A stretch of DNA of 64,000 bases, taken from an uncultured Actinomycetota bacterium. Its GTDB lineage: Bacteria > Actinomycetota > Actinomycetes > Propionibacteriales > Nocardioidaceae. The stretch spans positions 318,533 through 382,532 of the forward strand of contig CAWDSA010000002.1 in the NCBI GenBank assembly GCA_963804845.1. Reading direction: 5' to 3'. The position numbers and the translations under genes were made by a program. Positions within the stretch are counted from its first letter, which is position 1; the number at the start of each line of letters is the position of its first letter. This document shows, piece after piece, positions 1 to 10,559 of the stretch. The notes beneath the pieces were generated by a model. The model was not told the DNA's origin, ran no database searches, and worked only from the letters and a program-made list of their open reading frames with translations.

Positions 1-178
1 CCACCTGCCTGGCAGCCACCGTGTCCTCGCCGACGATCGCGGCGAACTGCTTCGCCTGCTCCGAACCGGTCGCGTTGTGGACGTTGCCCTTGTCGGGATC
101 ACCGCCGTACGACGCTCCGATGCCGAGCGCGGCGACCAGAGCCGCCACCAGGACCGAGATCACCAGACGCACGTTCAT
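1..178 (-). CDS. secreted protein, N-terminal part only (gene runs off the window start)
   Basis: ATG at 178-176 preceded by GGAGGGTGGG Shine-Dalgarno. My translation MNVRLVISVLVAALVAALGIGASYGGDPDKGNVHNATGS is signal-peptide-like. The frame is open to position 1. Not in the ORF track because it is truncated. Confidence 0.45.
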   Translation of the reverse strand, partial: MNVRLVISVLVAALVAALGIGASYGGDPDKGNVHNATGSEQAKQFAAIVGEDTVAARQV

Positions 179-488
179 GTATGCCCACCCTCCGAGACTG
201 CGGGCAGCACGCGAGTTGGTGCTGCCCGGTGGTCCGGCCACGCTAACCCGGATGCCGATCCGGTGTGAACCCGGGGTGGCCCGAATCGCTGCGAACGACC
301 AGCTTCTGCGTACACTGGTCCCAGTTCCGGCGCGTGCCGGGCGGTACCGAGTCCGGATCCCGGCCTCGACGATCCCCCGAGACGCGCCAACCGGGCCCTG
401 ACACCAGGGCCAGCGCCGGCGGGGTGAGCGACGTTCACCCGCGGCGTGGTCGCAAAACGCAGGTCATAGCAGTTAAGGGAGCTGTTGC

Positions 489-2615
489 TTGGCTACACAG
501 CGTGACCGTCGCACCGGCGGCAACACCCGCCGTGATCGGCGTACGCCTGCCCGCAGGCGGGACAACGAGGGCCTGATCCCGGTCCTGGCGCGCGCGGTCC
601 GCGACATCGGGACCGCGATCGACCGCGGCCAGATGACGTCCCGCCAGCACGCCCGCTACCAGGCCGTCGCGCTGCTCGCCCGCACCGAGCGCGCCCGGAT
701 CCAGGCCGACGACACGATCACCGAGGCGCAGCGCGACAACTTCCTGCGCCGCCTCGAGGGCGTGGCGACCAACCTGGCGCGCCTCGCCGCCCGCCAGCCG
801 TCCCTGTTCTCGCTGCTCCAGGAGGACGCCGAGATCGGCGACGCCACCCGTGAGCTGCAGCGCGAGATGCAGGCCGCCGCCGGGCTCGAGGCCGAGGAGG
901 AGGCCGCCCCGGTCGCGACCGCCGTACGCACCGAGCGCAAGGCGGCCCCGAAGTCCGTCGTCGCGGCCCAGCTGGCCAACCCGTTCCTGGCGCCCGACTT
1001 CAGCCAGGCCGCCGCACCCAGGACGCAGGGGCGGCTCGTCGGCTGGGAGCTGATCGGCCCGCTGCTCAACGCGTTCGAGCACCCCACCCCGGGCGCCCCG
1101 GCCTGCATGGAGCTCCCCGAGCCGCGTGCGTCGCAGGTGCCGAAGGGCACCGAGCTGATGCCCCACCAGGCGCGCGTGATCACCGCCGTCGAGGGCGGCC
1201 ACCGCACCTTCCTCCTCGCCGACGAGCCCGGCCTCGGCAAGACCGCCCAGGCGCTGCTGGCCGCGCAGGCCGCCAACGCCTACCCGCTGCTCGCCGTCGT
1301 CCCCAACGTCGTCAAGACCAACTGGGCGCGCGAGTCGGAGCTGTGGACCCCCGGCAAGTCGGTGTCGGTCATCCACGGCGACGGCGACACGATCGACGGC
1401 TTCGCCGACATCCACGTCGTCAACTACGAGGTCCTCGACCGCCACGTCGACTGGATCGGCGAGCACGGCTTCCGCGGCGTGGTCGTCGACGAGGCCCACT
1501 ACATCAAGAACAAGAAGTCGCAGCGCTCCCAGCAGGTCATCGAGGTCTCCCAGCGGGTACGGCGCCGGATGGCGCGGCCGCTGCTGATGGCGCTGACCGG
1601 GACGCCGCTGATCAACGACATCGAGGACTTCCGGGCGATCTGGGAGTTCCTCGGCTGGATCGAGGAGCGCCGGCCCGGCAACACCCTCATGGCCGCGCTC
1701 GAGCAGACCGACCTCACCCCGGCCGACCACGCGTTCTACCCCAAGGCGCGGCAGGCCGTCATCGACCTCGGCATCGTCCGTCGCCGCAAGGTCGACGTCG
1801 CCGCCGACATCCCGGCCCGCCGCGTCGCCGACCTCCCGGTCGAGCTCGAGGGCGCCGTCGGCCGCTCCATCGCCGAGGCCGAGCGCCAGCTCGCCCAGCG
1901 GCTGGTCGGTCGCTACCAGGCCGCGCTCGAGCACCGCCGTGCCGGCGCCTCCACGGTCGACGAGGACGGCATCGACCACGAGCTCGTACGCCGCGTCGCC
2001 GAGCGCGAGGTCGCCGAGGGCTCCGACGACAACACCACCGGCGACAACGTCTTCGCGATGGTGCGCAAGATCGGCCGGGCCAAGACCGAGCTCGCTGCCG
2101 ACTACGCCGCGCAGCTCGCGCGCAGCGCCGGCAAGGTCGTCTTCTTCGCCAAGCACCTCGACGTGATGGACGCCGCCCAGGAGGTCTTCACCAAGCGGGG
2201 CATCCAGCACACCGAGATCCGCGGCGGCCAGTCGACCAAGGTGCGGCAGGCGGCCATCGACTCGTTCGTCAACGACCCCGACGTCTCGATCATCGTCTGC
2301 TCGCTCACCGCGGCCGGCGTCGGCATCAACCTCCAGGTCTCCTCCAACGTCGTCCTCGCCGAGCTCTCCTGGACCAACGCCGAGCAGACCCAGGCCATCG
2401 ACCGCGTCCACCGGATCGGCCAGCAGATGCCCGTCACCGCGTGGCGCATCATCGCCGCCCAGACCATCGACGCCAAGATCGCCGAGCTGATCGACGCCAA
2501 GGCCGGCCTCGCCGCCCGCGCCCTCGACGGCGCCGACGAGGACACCTCCTCCATCGACGTCCAGGCCGAGACCCTCGTCGCCATCCTCACCGAAGCCCTC
2601 ACCGAAGGCAGCTGA
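489..2615 (+). CDS. SNF2-family DEAD/DEAH-box helicase
   Basis: 708 aa ORF with helicase motifs LLADEPGLGKTAQAL (I), DEAHYIKN (II), LTGTPLIND (III) and QAIDRVHRIGQ (VI). TTG start as given by the track; the true start is uncertain. Confidence 0.9.
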   Translation: MATQRDRRTGGNTRRDRRTPARRRDNEGLIPVLARAVRDIGTAIDRGQMTSRQHARYQAVALLARTERARIQADDTITEAQRDNFLRRLEGVATNLARLAARQPSLFSLLQEDAEIGDATRELQREMQAAAGLEAEEEAAPVATAVRTERKAAPKSVVAAQLANPFLAPDFSQAAAPRTQGRLVGWELIGPLLNAFEHPTPGAPACMELPEPRASQVPKGTELMPHQARVITAVEGGHRTFLLADEPGLGKTAQALLAAQAANAYPLLAVVPNVVKTNWARESELWTPGKSVSVIHGDGDTIDGFADIHVVNYEVLDRHVDWIGEHGFRGVVVDEAHYIKNKKSQRSQQVIEVSQRVRRRMARPLLMALTGTPLINDIEDFRAIWEFLGWIEERRPGNTLMAALEQTDLTPADHAFYPKARQAVIDLGIVRRRKVDVAADIPARRVADLPVELEGAVGRSIAEAERQLAQRLVGRYQAALEHRRAGASTVDEDGIDHELVRRVAEREVAEGSDDNTTGDNVFAMVRKIGRAKTELAADYAAQLARSAGKVVFFAKHLDVMDAAQEVFTKRGIQHTEIRGGQSTKVRQAAIDSFVNDPDVSIIVCSLTAAGVGINLQVSSNVVLAELSWTNAEQTQAIDRVHRIGQQMPVTAWRIIAAQTIDAKIAELIDAKAGLAARALDGADEDTSSIDVQAETLVAILTEALTEGS

Positions 2616-2633
2616 GCCGCCAGCGTCCGGGCC

Positions 2634-3245
2634 TCAGGGCAGCGCCAGAGGCGCCGCCCACACGAACCACGCCAAGGCCGCACAGTTCGCGACGACCGTC
2701 ATCCAGAAGACGGTGCGGAACGGTTGCTTGGTCGTCTTGTGCCGGAGGACGGGTCGAGCGATCAGCGCGCCGGGCCAGCCGCCGAGCACGGCGATCAGGT
2801 GCAGTGTGGATTCCGACGTACGCCACCTGCCCTCTCGCGCCGCGGTCTTGTCCATGCGGTAGTTCAGGAATGCCAACGCGCTCATGAAGCCGTAGCCGGC
2901 CACCAACCACCCCGACACCTCGTCGAGTGCCATCAGGCCGAGCAACACGGCGAAGAACGACGCCGAGATCGCCAGCGCCACGGGTACGCCGGCGCCACCC
3001 TTCCTGCGTGACCGGGTGCGTCCGACGTATCGCACGTCGGATGCTCGCAGCCGATTGCGCTCGTCCCGTGCCTCGGCGTACGTGAGGGCACAACCGGCAA
3101 CGGGCCGCTGCCCACGCGGGAAGGCGCTCACATGGACGAACGAACGCGGCCCGCCGGCATCCGGCGTGATGAAGCCGAAACCGCGGTCGTCGTTCCAGTC
3201 CGCCAGGACGCCTTGCCGGCGACCGCCACTGTTGTCTGCAGGCAC
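2634..3245 (-). CDS. cold-shock domain protein fused to a DUF1294 membrane domain
   Basis: GVLADWNDDRGFGFITPDAGGPRSFVHVSAF is a CSD signature. The C-terminal YRMDKTAAREGRWRTSESTLHLIAVLGGWPGALIA...RHKTTKQPF is DUF1294-like with TM helices. Start placed at GTG about 3245 just upstream of the CSD; the track ORF extends to 3392. Confidence 0.8.
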   Translation of the reverse strand: MPADNSGGRRQGVLADWNDDRGFGFITPDAGGPRSFVHVSAFPRGQRPVAGCALTYAEARDERNRLRASDVRYVGRTRSRRKGGAGVPVALAISASFFAVLLGLMALDEVSGWLVAGYGFMSALAFLNYRMDKTAAREGRWRTSESTLHLIAVLGGWPGALIARPVLRHKTTKQPFRTVFWMTVVANCAALAWFVWAAPLALP

Positions 3246-3271
3246 GTACGCGACTCGTTCTTCCGTGCCGC

Positions 3272-3486
3272 TCAGGATCGCCGATGGCGATAGACGTAGG
3301 CGACCACGACGAGCACGGCACCGACCAGGACGACGTTCGACAGCGGCCAGAGAGCCGCATCGCGAATCCCGACCACCTCCTCGGCGACCCACAGGAGCCC
3401 CAGCCCGACGGCTGCCACGAGCACGCCCAGGAGCAGCCCCGCGAAGATGCGGATGCTCTTCTCGTCGCGCTCCAGCTGGCTCTGCA
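3272..3486 (-). CDS. small two-TM membrane protein (hypothetical)
   Basis: Tail of track ORF 3272..4231: VQSQLERDEKSIRIFAGLLLGVLVAAVGLGLLWVAEE...LVGAVLVVVAYVYRHRRS. GTG at 3486. The rest of the long ORF is antisense to the DinB gene and is rejected. Confidence 0.35.
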
Positions 3487-3562
3487 CACCCCCATCATGC
3501 GCCCATGAGCCGGGGTGCCGGGGCCGGAAGCCTCTGTCGGTGGTGCGGCCTAGCCTGTCTGC

Positions 3563-4291
3563 ATGCGACGCTTCGACGACGAGGACCTCACCGGCGCAGA
3601 GTTCCGCGAGTGCGACCTGAGTAGGGCTCGGATGGTCGGCGTGGTCATGCAGGACGCTGAGATCGACGGCCTGGTCACCAATCTCGTGGTCAACGGGGTC
3701 GAGGTGATGGCGTACGTCGAGGCGGAGCTCGACCGCCGCCACCCGGTGCGGTTGCTGATCCGCTCCGATGAGCCGGCCGACCTGCGGGAGGCCTGGCGAC
3801 AGCTGCGGGACGACTGGGCGACGACCAGCGAGCGAGTCCGGTCCATGCCCGAGAACAGCGAGCATCGCGGCGTCGACGGCGAGTGGTCGATGGTCGAAAC
3901 GCTGCGTCACCTTGTCTTCGTGCACGACTGCTGGTTCCGACGCTGTGTGCTCGGGCTCACCGAGCCGTTCACGGCCATGGGACTGGGTCCACCGTTCGTC
4001 ATGGACCAGGAGAACGGGCTCGACCCGTCCGCCCAACCGAGCCTCGACGAGGTGCTCGCCGTGCGCGACCGGCAGGCTGCGGGGATCGAGACGTGGCTGG
4101 CCGCGGTCACGCCTGATCAGCTCGCGCAGACCGCGCCGGTGCCCGACGACGACCGATGGCCCCCGTACGCCAAGGGGCGGACAGTGCGGCAGTGCCTCGG
4201 CACCGTGCTCAACGAGGAATGGGCTCACCACGGGTTCTGCAAACGCGACCTGGACAAGCTGTCGCGTCAGGAGTCTTCGCAGGGTTCATGA
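3563..4291 (+). CDS. pentapeptide-repeat / DinB-family protein
   Basis: 242 aa. N-terminal pentapeptide-like repeats (DLTGAEFRECDLSRARMVGVVMQDAEIDG). DinB-like four-helix region (SMVETLRHLVFVHDCWFRR ... NEEWAHHGF). Confidence 0.8.
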   Translation: MRRFDDEDLTGAEFRECDLSRARMVGVVMQDAEIDGLVTNLVVNGVEVMAYVEAELDRRHPVRLLIRSDEPADLREAWRQLRDDWATTSERVRSMPENSEHRGVDGEWSMVETLRHLVFVHDCWFRRCVLGLTEPFTAMGLGPPFVMDQENGLDPSAQPSLDEVLAVRDRQAAGIETWLAAVTPDQLAQTAPVPDDDRWPPYAKGRTVRQCLGTVLNEEWAHHGFCKRDLDKLSRQESSQGS

Positions 4292-4307
4292 GGGCAGCGC
4301 GGCGTCA

Positions 4308-5129
4308 TCACCGCGAGCCGGCCTCGCTCAGCCGGGCGGAGAGCGGCTCCAGCGTCCGGATCAGCTCGTCGAGCTCGCTCGCGCTCAGGGCGTCGTACGG
4401 CGGCATCGCGAGCCGGTCGGTCAGCGCCTCGACCCGTTCCTTGGCCGCCCGCCCCTCACCGGTGAGCCAGCCTTCGTCGTCGATCAGGCCGCGAGCCCGC
4501 ATCCCGTCGGCGATCGCCTGCAGGGTGGCCTTCGGCAGGTGGTGGATGCGACCGAACTTCTCGGCCGGCATGCCGTCGTAGAGCGCCAGCATCGCGTGTG
4601 CCTCCAGCCCGCCGATCCCCTCGGAGAGCAGCGCCGCGACGTGCCCGTCGCCGCGGTGCTCGCGCAGCATGTTCGCGGTGTGCCACAGCCGGGCGACCGG
4701 CTCGTCGGGCAGGTCGACGGTGCGCAGCGCGGCGTACATCGGCCGTCCCTCCGTCGGCGCGCTCCCCGCGGCCTTGGCCAGGAGGTCCGCCGCCCGGCCC
4801 ACCCCAGGGCTGTCGGCGAGGTCGCCGAGGATCCGGCGCACGGCGGCCGCGCTCCCCCGCAGCCTCGCTGCCAGCGCGGCCTCCGGCGTCGTGAACCCCC
4901 AGACCTTCGGGATGTGCCGCGCGACCTCACCGTCGGCGAAGTTGTAGAAGAGCGCGTGCACGACTTCCGCCGGCACCTGCCCCAGCGGCGCCGCCCGCCC
5001 GGCGAAGTAGCCGTCCCAGTAGTTGCGGCACCCCAGAGCCTTCAGCTCCTCCGTCGGCTCGTCGGCGAAGAAGGTGACCAGGCAGATCGGCTCGAGCAGC
5101 TCGAACAGGCGACGGCTCACGTAGTCCAC
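4308..5129 (-). CDS. conserved actinobacterial protein of unknown function (SCO6745-like; family name from memory, tentative)
   Basis: 273 aa intact ORF with compositionally normal sequence: MDYVSRRLFELLEPICLVTFFADEPTEELKALGCRNYWDGYFAGRAAPLG... Confidence 0.6.
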   Translation of the reverse strand: MDYVSRRLFELLEPICLVTFFADEPTEELKALGCRNYWDGYFAGRAAPLGQVPAEVVHALFYNFADGEVARHIPKVWGFTTPEAALAARLRGSAAAVRRILGDLADSPGVGRAADLLAKAAGSAPTEGRPMYAALRTVDLPDEPVARLWHTANMLREHRGDGHVAALLSEGIGGLEAHAMLALYDGMPAEKFGRIHHLPKATLQAIADGMRARGLIDDEGWLTGEGRAAKERVEALTDRLAMPPYDALSASELDELIRTLEPLSARLSEAGSR

Positions 5130-5139
5130 GGGCCAGACG

Positions 5140-6203
5140 CTAGCGAGCCACCAGGGAGGCGATGGCGTCGCCGGCCGCCTCGGTCGAGGCAGTGCCGCCG
5201 AGGTCGCGGGTGCGGGTGGCGGGGTCGCGGAGCGACTGCTCCATCGCCTCGATGACGGCCGCGGCTGCCGCCTCGTGCCCGAGGTGGTCGAGCATCATCG
5301 CCGCCGACCAGACCGCGGCGACCGGGTTGGCGACGCCCTGGCCCGCGATGTCGGGGGCCGAGCCGTGGACCGGTTCGAACATCGACGGGTGCTCGCGGGT
5401 CGGGTCGAGGTTGGCCGACGGCGCCACGCCCAGCGACCCGGAGACGGCGGCGGTGAGGTCGGAGAGGATGTCGCCGAACAGGTTGCTGCCCACGATCACG
5501 TCGAGGCTGCCCGGGTCGGAGACGCAACGGGCGGCGAGCGCGTCGATGTGCTGCTGGTCCCACTCGACGTCGGAGTAGTCCTCGGCGACCTCGCGCACCA
5601 CCTCGTCCCAGAACGGCATGGTGTGCACGATCCCGTTCGACTTGGTCGCCGACGTGAGGTGGCCGTTCCGCTCCCGGGCGAGCTCGAAGGCGTAGCGCAC
5701 GATCCGGCTCACGCCGGCCTTCGTGAACACCGCCTCCTGCACGGCCATCTCGTCGTCGAAGCCGCGGTTGAGGCGGCCGCCGATCTCGCTGTACTCGCCC
5801 TCCACGTTCTCCCGTACGACGACCAGGTCCATCTGGTCCGCCCCCCGCACCGGCGAGGACACCCCCGGCAGCGCCCGCGCCGGCCGCACGTTGGCGAACT
5901 GGCGGAACGCCCGCCGGATCGGGATCAGCAGCCCCCAGAGCGACACGTGGTCGGGCACGCCCGGCCAGCCGACCGCACCGAGCAGCACGGCGTCGTACGA
6001 CCGCAGCGTGTCGATCGCGTCGTCCGGCATCATCGCGCCGGTCTCGGCGTACCGCTGGCACGACCAGTCGAAGTCGTCGTACTCCAGCGAGAGGTCGTAC
6101 GCCGACGCCGCGGCGTCGAGCACCGACCGGGCGACCGTGATCACGTCGTGGCCGATCCCGTCGCCGGGGATGACGGCGATGCGTTGGGCTGCATCGCCGC
6201 CAT
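5140..6203 (-). CDS. tartrate dehydrogenase/decarboxylase-like (isocitrate/isopropylmalate dehydrogenase family), apparent 1-nt indel in codons 6-8
   Basis: Track ORF 5140..6144 carries SNLFGDILSDL and other family motifs. The NAD-binding IAVIPGDGIGHDV is in frame upstream of the first start codon. An ATG at 6203-6201 overlaps the transporter stop but is in another frame. Adding one C to the CCC run (plus-strand GGG 6186-6188) gives MAAMQPQRIAVIPGDGIGHDV. Confidence 0.8.
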
Positions 6204-7852
6204 CAGAGGATGATCGGGATGAGCACGGGCAGGAGCAGCAGGATCAGGATCGCGCCGATGATGTCGAAGCTGATCCCCGACCTGATCATCTTGGTGATCG
6301 GCACCGTGCCGGAGCCGTAGACGATCGCGTTCTGCGGCGTCGAGACCGGCAGCATGAAGCCGAACGACGCGGCGAACGTCGCCGCCAGCGCAGGTGTCAG
6401 TGGATCGACCCCGGCGGCGTTGGCGAGCGGCAGGATGATCGGTACGACGACCGCGGCCGAGGCCGTGTTGGACGTCGTCTCCGACACCGCGATCGCGAGC
6501 ACCACCGCGAAGATGGTGATGGCGACGCCGCTGGTGATGCCGAGCGCGTTGTAGCTGCCCTTGCCGATGGTCTCGGCCAGGCCGGAGTCCTGCAGCAGCG
6601 CGCCGAAGATGACGCCGGTGCCGAAGAGCACGATGGTGCCCCAGTCGATCTTGCGCCGCGTCGCCCCAGGTCAGCGTGAACTCGCGCTTCGCCCAGTTGC
6701 GTGGGGAGCAGGAAGAGCAGCGCTGGCGCCGATGATGGCGACCACGCCCTCGTCGAGCCGGGTCGAGATGGTCACGTAGACTCGGAGTCGGCGCCGGCGA
6801 CCAGGGCCACGATGCCGGGGAAGATCCAGAGCGCTGACGGTGACGCAGAAGGCGACCAGCGTGTTCTTCTCCGCGCGGGAGAGCGCCGCCCATCCGCTCC
6901 CGCTCGGACTTCACGTAGTCCTCGACGCCGCTCAGCCGCCGGATCTCGGGCTTGTTGAGCGTCAGCAGGATGATGCAGAGCGCGACGAACATCAGCGCGC
7001 AGACCGGGAACGCCAGCCCCATCCACTGGGCGAACGGGATCGCCTCACCGGTCGACTGCTCGATCAGCTCACGCCCGATCAGGTTGGGCGGGCTGCCGAC
7101 CGGCGTCAGCAGGCCGCCGACGCTGGCGCCGTACGCCAGCATCAGCATCAGTGCGAAGCCGACCCGCAGCCGGGTCGGGTCGAACCCGTCCATGCTCTCG
7201 CCGCTCTCGATGCGCTGCTCCTGGATCAGGTTGGCGATGACGGTGAGGATGCCGAGCGCGGTCGGCAGCAGCATGGCGACGGTCGCGGTGTTGGAGACGA
7301 ACGCCGACAGCAGGGCGGTGATCGCGCCGAACGCGATGATCACGCGCATCGTGCTCCTGCCGACGCCGGGGAGCGCGAGGATCCGGAACGCGAACCGCTC
7401 GCGCGAGCCCGTGCTTGAGCATCGACTGGGCCAGGATGAAGGCGCCGATGAAGGTGAAGATCGTGCCGGAGCCGAACGGCGCGAGTACGGCGTCCGCCCC
7501 GTCCTCCCCACCCACGCCGAGCAGGATCAGCACCGACGGCGCCGAGCATGCCGGAGACCGGGATCGGGATCGGCTCGGTGATCCACGCGATGATCACCCC
7601 GCCCAGCACCGCCGCCACGGTGTGCTGCTCCTGCGGGATGTCGAGCGGCAGCAGGAAGATGACGATCGTCGTCAGCGGCGCCAGGACGAACCCCAGGGTC
7701 CTTCGCCTCAGCTCGAACCGCTCCTCGCGCTCCGACAGCTGCTGCTCCGCCACCCCCTTGTACGTCGTCCCCCCGAGCAGCGCCTGCTCTACATCAACGC
7801 GCTCGTTGCCACCCTTGGGTGCCGGCTGGTCGCTGGTTCCTGTCGTCGACAA
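6203..7852 (-). pseudogene. DASS (divalent anion:Na+ symporter, SLC13-like) transporter, at least 4 frameshifts
   Basis: Consecutive homologous segments lie in different frames: 7340..7969 (RTLGFVLAPLTTIVIFLLPLD...ITEPIPIPVSGMLGAV), 7069..7533 (GADAVLAPFGSGTIFTFIGAFILAQSMLKHGLA), 6141..7511 (AFGAITALLSAFVSNTATVAMLLP...GGLLTPVGSPPNLIG) and 6203..6631 (...SETTSNTASAAVVVPIILP...MLPVSTPQNAIVYGSG). Possible TTG start at 7852 after GGAGG. Confidence 0.8.
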
Positions 7853-8088
7853 TGTCGCCTCCGAGTCGGTAGTCCCCGTCCCAGCACCGTATCCACATTT
7901 ACCTTTGGGTCGCCTCACCCCGTTGGTCGGTGAGGAACCGCCGGTGACGCATCCACAACGAATGTGCACTTCAGGCCTAGCCCGGAGGCGTTGCAGAATG
8001 ATCCTCGATCAGCCCTGTCGGGAAGACCGCCCGCTTCTAGCGAGCACTTGGAGGCTCACGTGAGCACAGAGGGGAAGGGGACCCTCGG

Positions 8089-8528
8089 TTGCCCCGCTAC
8101 GTGCCGTCTGCGACATCTCCAGACGTACGGCGCCGGATGCAGCCACCAGCGACGCCGAGACACGCGACCGGAAGCTTGGCGACCGCAGCGCCGCACATTC
8201 TGCAGGTTTGCGCTATCGAGTCGACATTGCCCCAGAAGATGGCATCCGTCGCCGCGCGGACCTGGTATTCCCGAGGTTGCACATCGCGGTGTTCGTGGAT
8301 GGCTGCTTCTGGCAGGCCGCCCCGACCATGCGAGCTGGCCGAAGAGCAACGCCGCTTGGTGGAGGTCGAGAAAGCTTCGAGCGGAATGTTGTTCGTGATC
8401 GCGAGACCGACCAACTGCTTGAGGAAGCTGGTTGGGTTGTTCTGCGCATCCGGCAACACCAGCCTCCCGAGGAAGCCTCAGTTCGGCTGGTTGAGGTCGT
8501 TGCGTCTCGACGAGGACTGGCCGTCTAA
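8089..8528 (+). pseudogene. vsr: very-short-patch repair endonuclease (Vsr), about 4 frameshifts
   Basis: Vsr motifs are scattered over three frames: SPDVRRRM (8089 frame), QRRRDTRPE (7964 frame), GLRYRVDIAPEDGIRRRADLVFPRLHIAVFVDGCFW (8208 frame), PKSNAAWWRSRK (7964 frame) and ERNVVRDRETDQLLEEAGWVVLRI (8208 frame). Ends TAA 8526-8528. Confidence 0.8.
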
Positions 8529-8645
8529 CCGTCGTCGGCGGGGGGCTCTCGCTAGGGGAGTCTTCCAACGAGGCGTCCTGCGGACCTACCGAACGATCTC
8601 CTGCGCCTTTCTCGCGATAGGCGCCACCAGTCATCACGGACCGGG

Positions 8646-10559
8646 TTAGCGCAACCTCTTGAGCCTTCCTGGCGAAGTCCGACGATCCGAGCTCGCTGTC
8701 GAGAATGGCCTTGTAGTGCTGATAATGCTTCGCGACTCGCTCGTGCACCTTCGCCCAGGTGAGCAACGACGTACCCGCTTCTTCCGAGTCCTTGAGCAGT
8801 CCGGGAAGAAGCGCGTAGTGGCTTCCCGTGATGAACACACCCTGGATGGTGGGATGGGCCTGCTCCCTAGTTTGCTCACGTACCGCTCGAGTTGCTGTAG
8901 GTCGTCGACTGTCGCCGCGTGTCCTGCGCGCTTGATCTCGATGACGATCAACTGACCATCGCCCTTCAGCCCGAGGAAGTCGTACCGAGTCCGGTCATCA
9001 GGATCTAGGTCGGCGTTGCCCCACTCACGGAGTTGGGCAGTGACACTCCTTTCCTCGTACAGCACCTGCCACTCAGGGTTGATGAGCCAGGGTAGCTGGG
9101 CAATGAGATCGTGGAGGTTCTCGTCGCCGACCGTCGGTGCAGTCTCTGGAGCGTTCTGGACGATCATCGTGTAGAACTTCTCGACGATGTCGATCCGTCC
9201 CTTGACGACCTCGAGGATCGCGCGGCTTCTCGAGGACCTTCCAACCTTGAATGAACTCGAGCGCCTGCTGGAAGCGCTCCGGATCGTCAGCAGCCTCGTC
9301 GAGCTCGGTGATGTAGTCATGGAACTGCCGGTACTCGAATGCTCTGATGATGGTGTCAGCCAGCTTCTGGATGGTCCGTTCAGGCTGTGCCTCCGCGCCG
9401 CCGAGAGCGCGGATCAATTCTCTGGCCTGGCTCTCAGAGGGATTGTCAAGCATCTTGAGCCTGGACAGCAGCAGAGCGCATCTTCCTCGACGTCCTTCTC
9501 GGTCTGGTCTTCGCGCCTCGTGACGCGTTCGCGCAGTAGGCGCCGCGTCAGGGCCTCGCCCCATGTACGAAGCGCCTCGACGCCTTCGTCCTCCCAGTCG
9601 ATCTCCTGGCGATCGGTCGAGATCCGGTCGGACTCGTCGTCCGTCCCATCGTCGAGGTAGTCGGCTTCGATGACTCCGGTCAAATACTTGGTGCCGTGCT
9701 GCCCACTCGCGGTGGCCTCGACCTTGAAGAAGAATGGGGGCGCTTGTGCCGTCTTGCCATTGACGAGGATCGTGAAGCCTTGGAGTTCGGTCGCCAGCAC
9801 GGTCTTGGAAAAGCCCGCCGACCACCTGATCGTTCCGCCGTCGTCAAGAGCTCTCTTCCAGCATGCCTTCTGCTGGCTCTCTGGGTCTCGAAGTTGATTG
9901 CTGGCTCGCGCAGATCTTCGCCGTTGATCTTGATTGACATCTCTCCACGCACCACGCGACTGAAGCGTCGAGCCAGTGCCCTGTGGAGTGTGTCGACGTC
10001 CAGCGGACTCTTGTGCTTGAGGGACTCCATGGTCACTTGTGTGCCACTTCCGAACGGGAATCCTTCAGGCACGGGGCCGATCCGTCCCGGAACGTCGAGA
10101 ACCTTGGGGGCGGTGGCGTCGGACTTCAGCGATGCTCCATCAAGGTGGAAACTAGTGGCAACTCCCGCCTGGACTGTCGTGACCTTCATTGTTCGTCCTA
10201 GGCCGAACCCAGCAAGCTTACCGACACCCTTCCGACCCATGACTCGGCGGCCTTCCGGCGCTGGTTGCCCTGAGGCGCGGCGGTTGCGCCCGATCACAAG
10301 GTAATTGTTCTCGACCTCGTCCTCAGACATGCCGAGACCGTCGTCCACAAGAGAGACGGCACTACTCGTCGGCAAGTACTCACTAGGCGTCGGAACGGTG
10401 ATCTCGACCCTCGTTGCCCCTGAGATGTCCCAGGAGTTGGCGACAAGTTCTGCACACTGCCACGTCTCGCCGCTTGTACATCTGCGTACCGAGATGTTCG
10501 AGTGTTCGGCCCAGCACGGTGATCGTGAAGGTCCGATCATGGGCTTGGATATCCGTCAT
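8646..10559 (-). pseudogene. GHKL (HATPase_c-type) ATPase fused to a PD-(D/E)xK nuclease-like C-terminal domain, at least 5 frameshifts; candidate restriction or effector component
   Basis: My translation from ATG 10559: MTDIQAHDRTFTITVLGRTLEHLGTQMYKRRDVAV. It then shifts into 9680..10540 (AELVANSWDISGATRVEITVP...LVDDGLGMSEDEV...GRKGVGKLAGFGLG, which are the GHKL N and G boxes). It continues in frames 9414..9800, 9073..9825, 8646..9320 (RYDFLGLKGDGQLIVIEIKRAGH, a D...ExK motif) and 8056..8838. The C-terminal end is not resolved. The ATG overlaps the methyltransferase stop (ATGA 10556-10559). Confidence 0.7.

Noticed and set aside
435-2411. 658-aa ORF on the minus strand, together with 1343..2887 plus-strand ORF
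   Set aside because: It lies antisense to or out of frame with the SNF2 helicase. The translation is low-complexity and rich in Gly, Asp, Arg and Val, which is typical of high-GC shadow ORFs, and has no motifs.
7852-8089. Island boundaries searched for tRNA, integrase, transposase or direct repeats; the right boundary 16950-17133 was searched as well
   Set aside because: Nothing convincing was seen by eye and no cloverleaf-like sequence was found. Absence cannot be proven without tRNAscan or a repeat search.
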